From positions 93,558,001-93,622,000 of the forward strand of contig NC_043004.1 in NCBI RefSeq assembly GCF_006345805.1: 64,000 nt of DNA, read 5' to 3'. The notes below the pieces were generated by a model. That model was not told the origin of the DNA and did not search any database. It saw only the letters and a list, made by a program, of their open reading frames with translations. The first letter of the stretch is position 1. Every line of letters begins with the position of its first letter. Below, piece after piece: positions 62,663-64,000 of this stretch. The stretch is from Octopus sinensis. Lineage: Eukaryota. Made by a program: the position numbers and the translations under genes.

Positions 62663-63205
62663 TAAGGCACGTGGATCAGTTGTTGGAGCAACAGGCTCAC
62701 AATCATGAGGTAGTGAGTTCAATTTCCAGACCAGGCTTTAGTATTGCTCTTTACTTTACGTTGCTCCAGTTCATTCAGCTATAGAAATTAGTTCATAAAA
62801 AGCACCATCCGATCGTGGCTGTTTGCCAGCCTCGTCTGGCACCTGTGCCGGTGGAACGTAAAAAGCACCCACTACACTCACGGAGTGGTTGGCGTTAGGA
62901 AGGGCATCCAGCCGTAGAAACATTGCCAGATCAGACTGGGCCTGGTGCAGCCTTCTGGCTTCCCAGACCCCAGTTGAAGCGTCCAACCCATGCTAGCATG
63001 GAAAGCAGACGCTAAACGATGATGATGTCACTGGTGCCAAGCTGTATCGGCCTTTGCCTTTCCCTTTGGTGGTGCGGAGAGGGGAGGTTGGTATGCATGG
63101 ACGACTTCCGGTCTTCCATAAACAACCTTGCCCGGACTTATACCTTGGAGTGGGAACTTTCTAGGTGCAATCCTATGGTCATTCGTGACCGAAGGAGGTC
63201 TTTAT
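62663..63205 (+). mobile_element. SINE family E head plus module F tail, split by a family B insertion
   Basis: Head at 62663-62795; tail GGTGCCAAGCTGTATC...GACCGAAGGAGG at 63030-63200. Confidence 0.7.
62796..63027 (+). mobile_element. Family B RTE 3' UTR copy nested in a family E SINE
   Basis: SINE head lies to the left and SINE tail to the right. Confidence 0.82.
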
Positions 63206-63687
63206 TTAGGGATGGGGTGGTGACAAAACCATTACAGTAACTTAATGACATTAATACATGAACAGCAACAAACATTAACAAACAAGAAAGACACAAACTA
63301 TAAAGTCACAAAATATACATAACACTCATCCACCCCACCCACACGTCAAATTATTTAGTAAAAATAGTTTATAAAAACCGACACAACGATGATGATGATG
63401 GTGATGATGACGATGATAATTACAATGGTTTCTTACACAGCAAGGCCACAAATCCTGAGGGAGGGGTACCGTTGATTTAATCAACACTAATATTTTGATT
63501 AGTATTTCTTTTATTAACGAAGGGAAAGATGGAAATAAATCAACCTTGACAGGATTTGAACTTAAAATGTAAACTAAACACCGCAAGGTTTATTTTCTCC
63601 ATCCTTCCCTGGAAGTTCACCATTAATGAATAATAGTTAATTATAGTCACAATAATAATAATAATAAAAGAAAACAAACAAGAAATG

Positions 63688-63725
<38 letters not shown>

Positions 63726-64000
63726 CAAAGACTAAAATAGAAAAACGGTTTAATGTTATCAGTAAAAAACAAAAATAAATTTCTTTCATAAAAATAGATT
63801 TTGTTAATTACGAATTCAAATGAATCAAAGCAGACATGCAAAAGAAGAATTTAAAAGAAAAAGAAATGAGCAGATCTAATGTTAGTGGTGACTTGTCTCT
63901 ATATGTTTATCAAGAAGCCTGTTGAGTCAATTGAAAAATTAGGTTAGTAAAGAAGAGCAATATTGAAGATGCTTGACAAACAGAAGACATTGAAACAAAA

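Noticed and set aside
1-64000. Prokaryotic defence system, phage, rRNA, mitochondrial insert or plus-strand protein gene
   Set aside because: No long ORFs, no operon structure and no recognisable motifs; all plus-strand coding-like pieces are transposon relics.

Overview
Eukaryotic, AT-rich, repeat-dense DNA; the SINE/LINE/MITE families look like those of Octopus (inferred from recall, not searched). The window holds the 3' part of one minus-strand gene, a DOCK-C family Rac/Cdc42 GEF (DOCK7-like; invertebrate orthologue of DOCK6/7/8). I traced 17 exons from 36860 down to 2727 with GT-AG boundaries and consistent phases, giving 743 codons that include the whole DHR-2 domain. The expected upstream exon ending FEYK was not found, so the intron above 36860 spans more than 27 kb. 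It contains candidate in-frame exons with no DOCK7 homology I recognise (81, 24 and 13 codons). The rest is tRNA-derived SINEs, 5'-truncated RTE/CR1/HERO LINEs, a Tc1 relic, piggyBac and hAT MITEs, and microsatellites. The most unusual signals are three Penelope-type hammerhead-ribozyme-like motifs, a ~310 bp almost spacerless palindrome carrying one such motif on each strand, an inverted CR1 pair bracketing a single frame-preserving exon, and piggyBac MITEs inserted twice into hAT target-site duplications. No prokaryotic system, CRISPR array, rRNA or true tRNA gene was seen. Repeat coordinates are approximate to about 10 bp.
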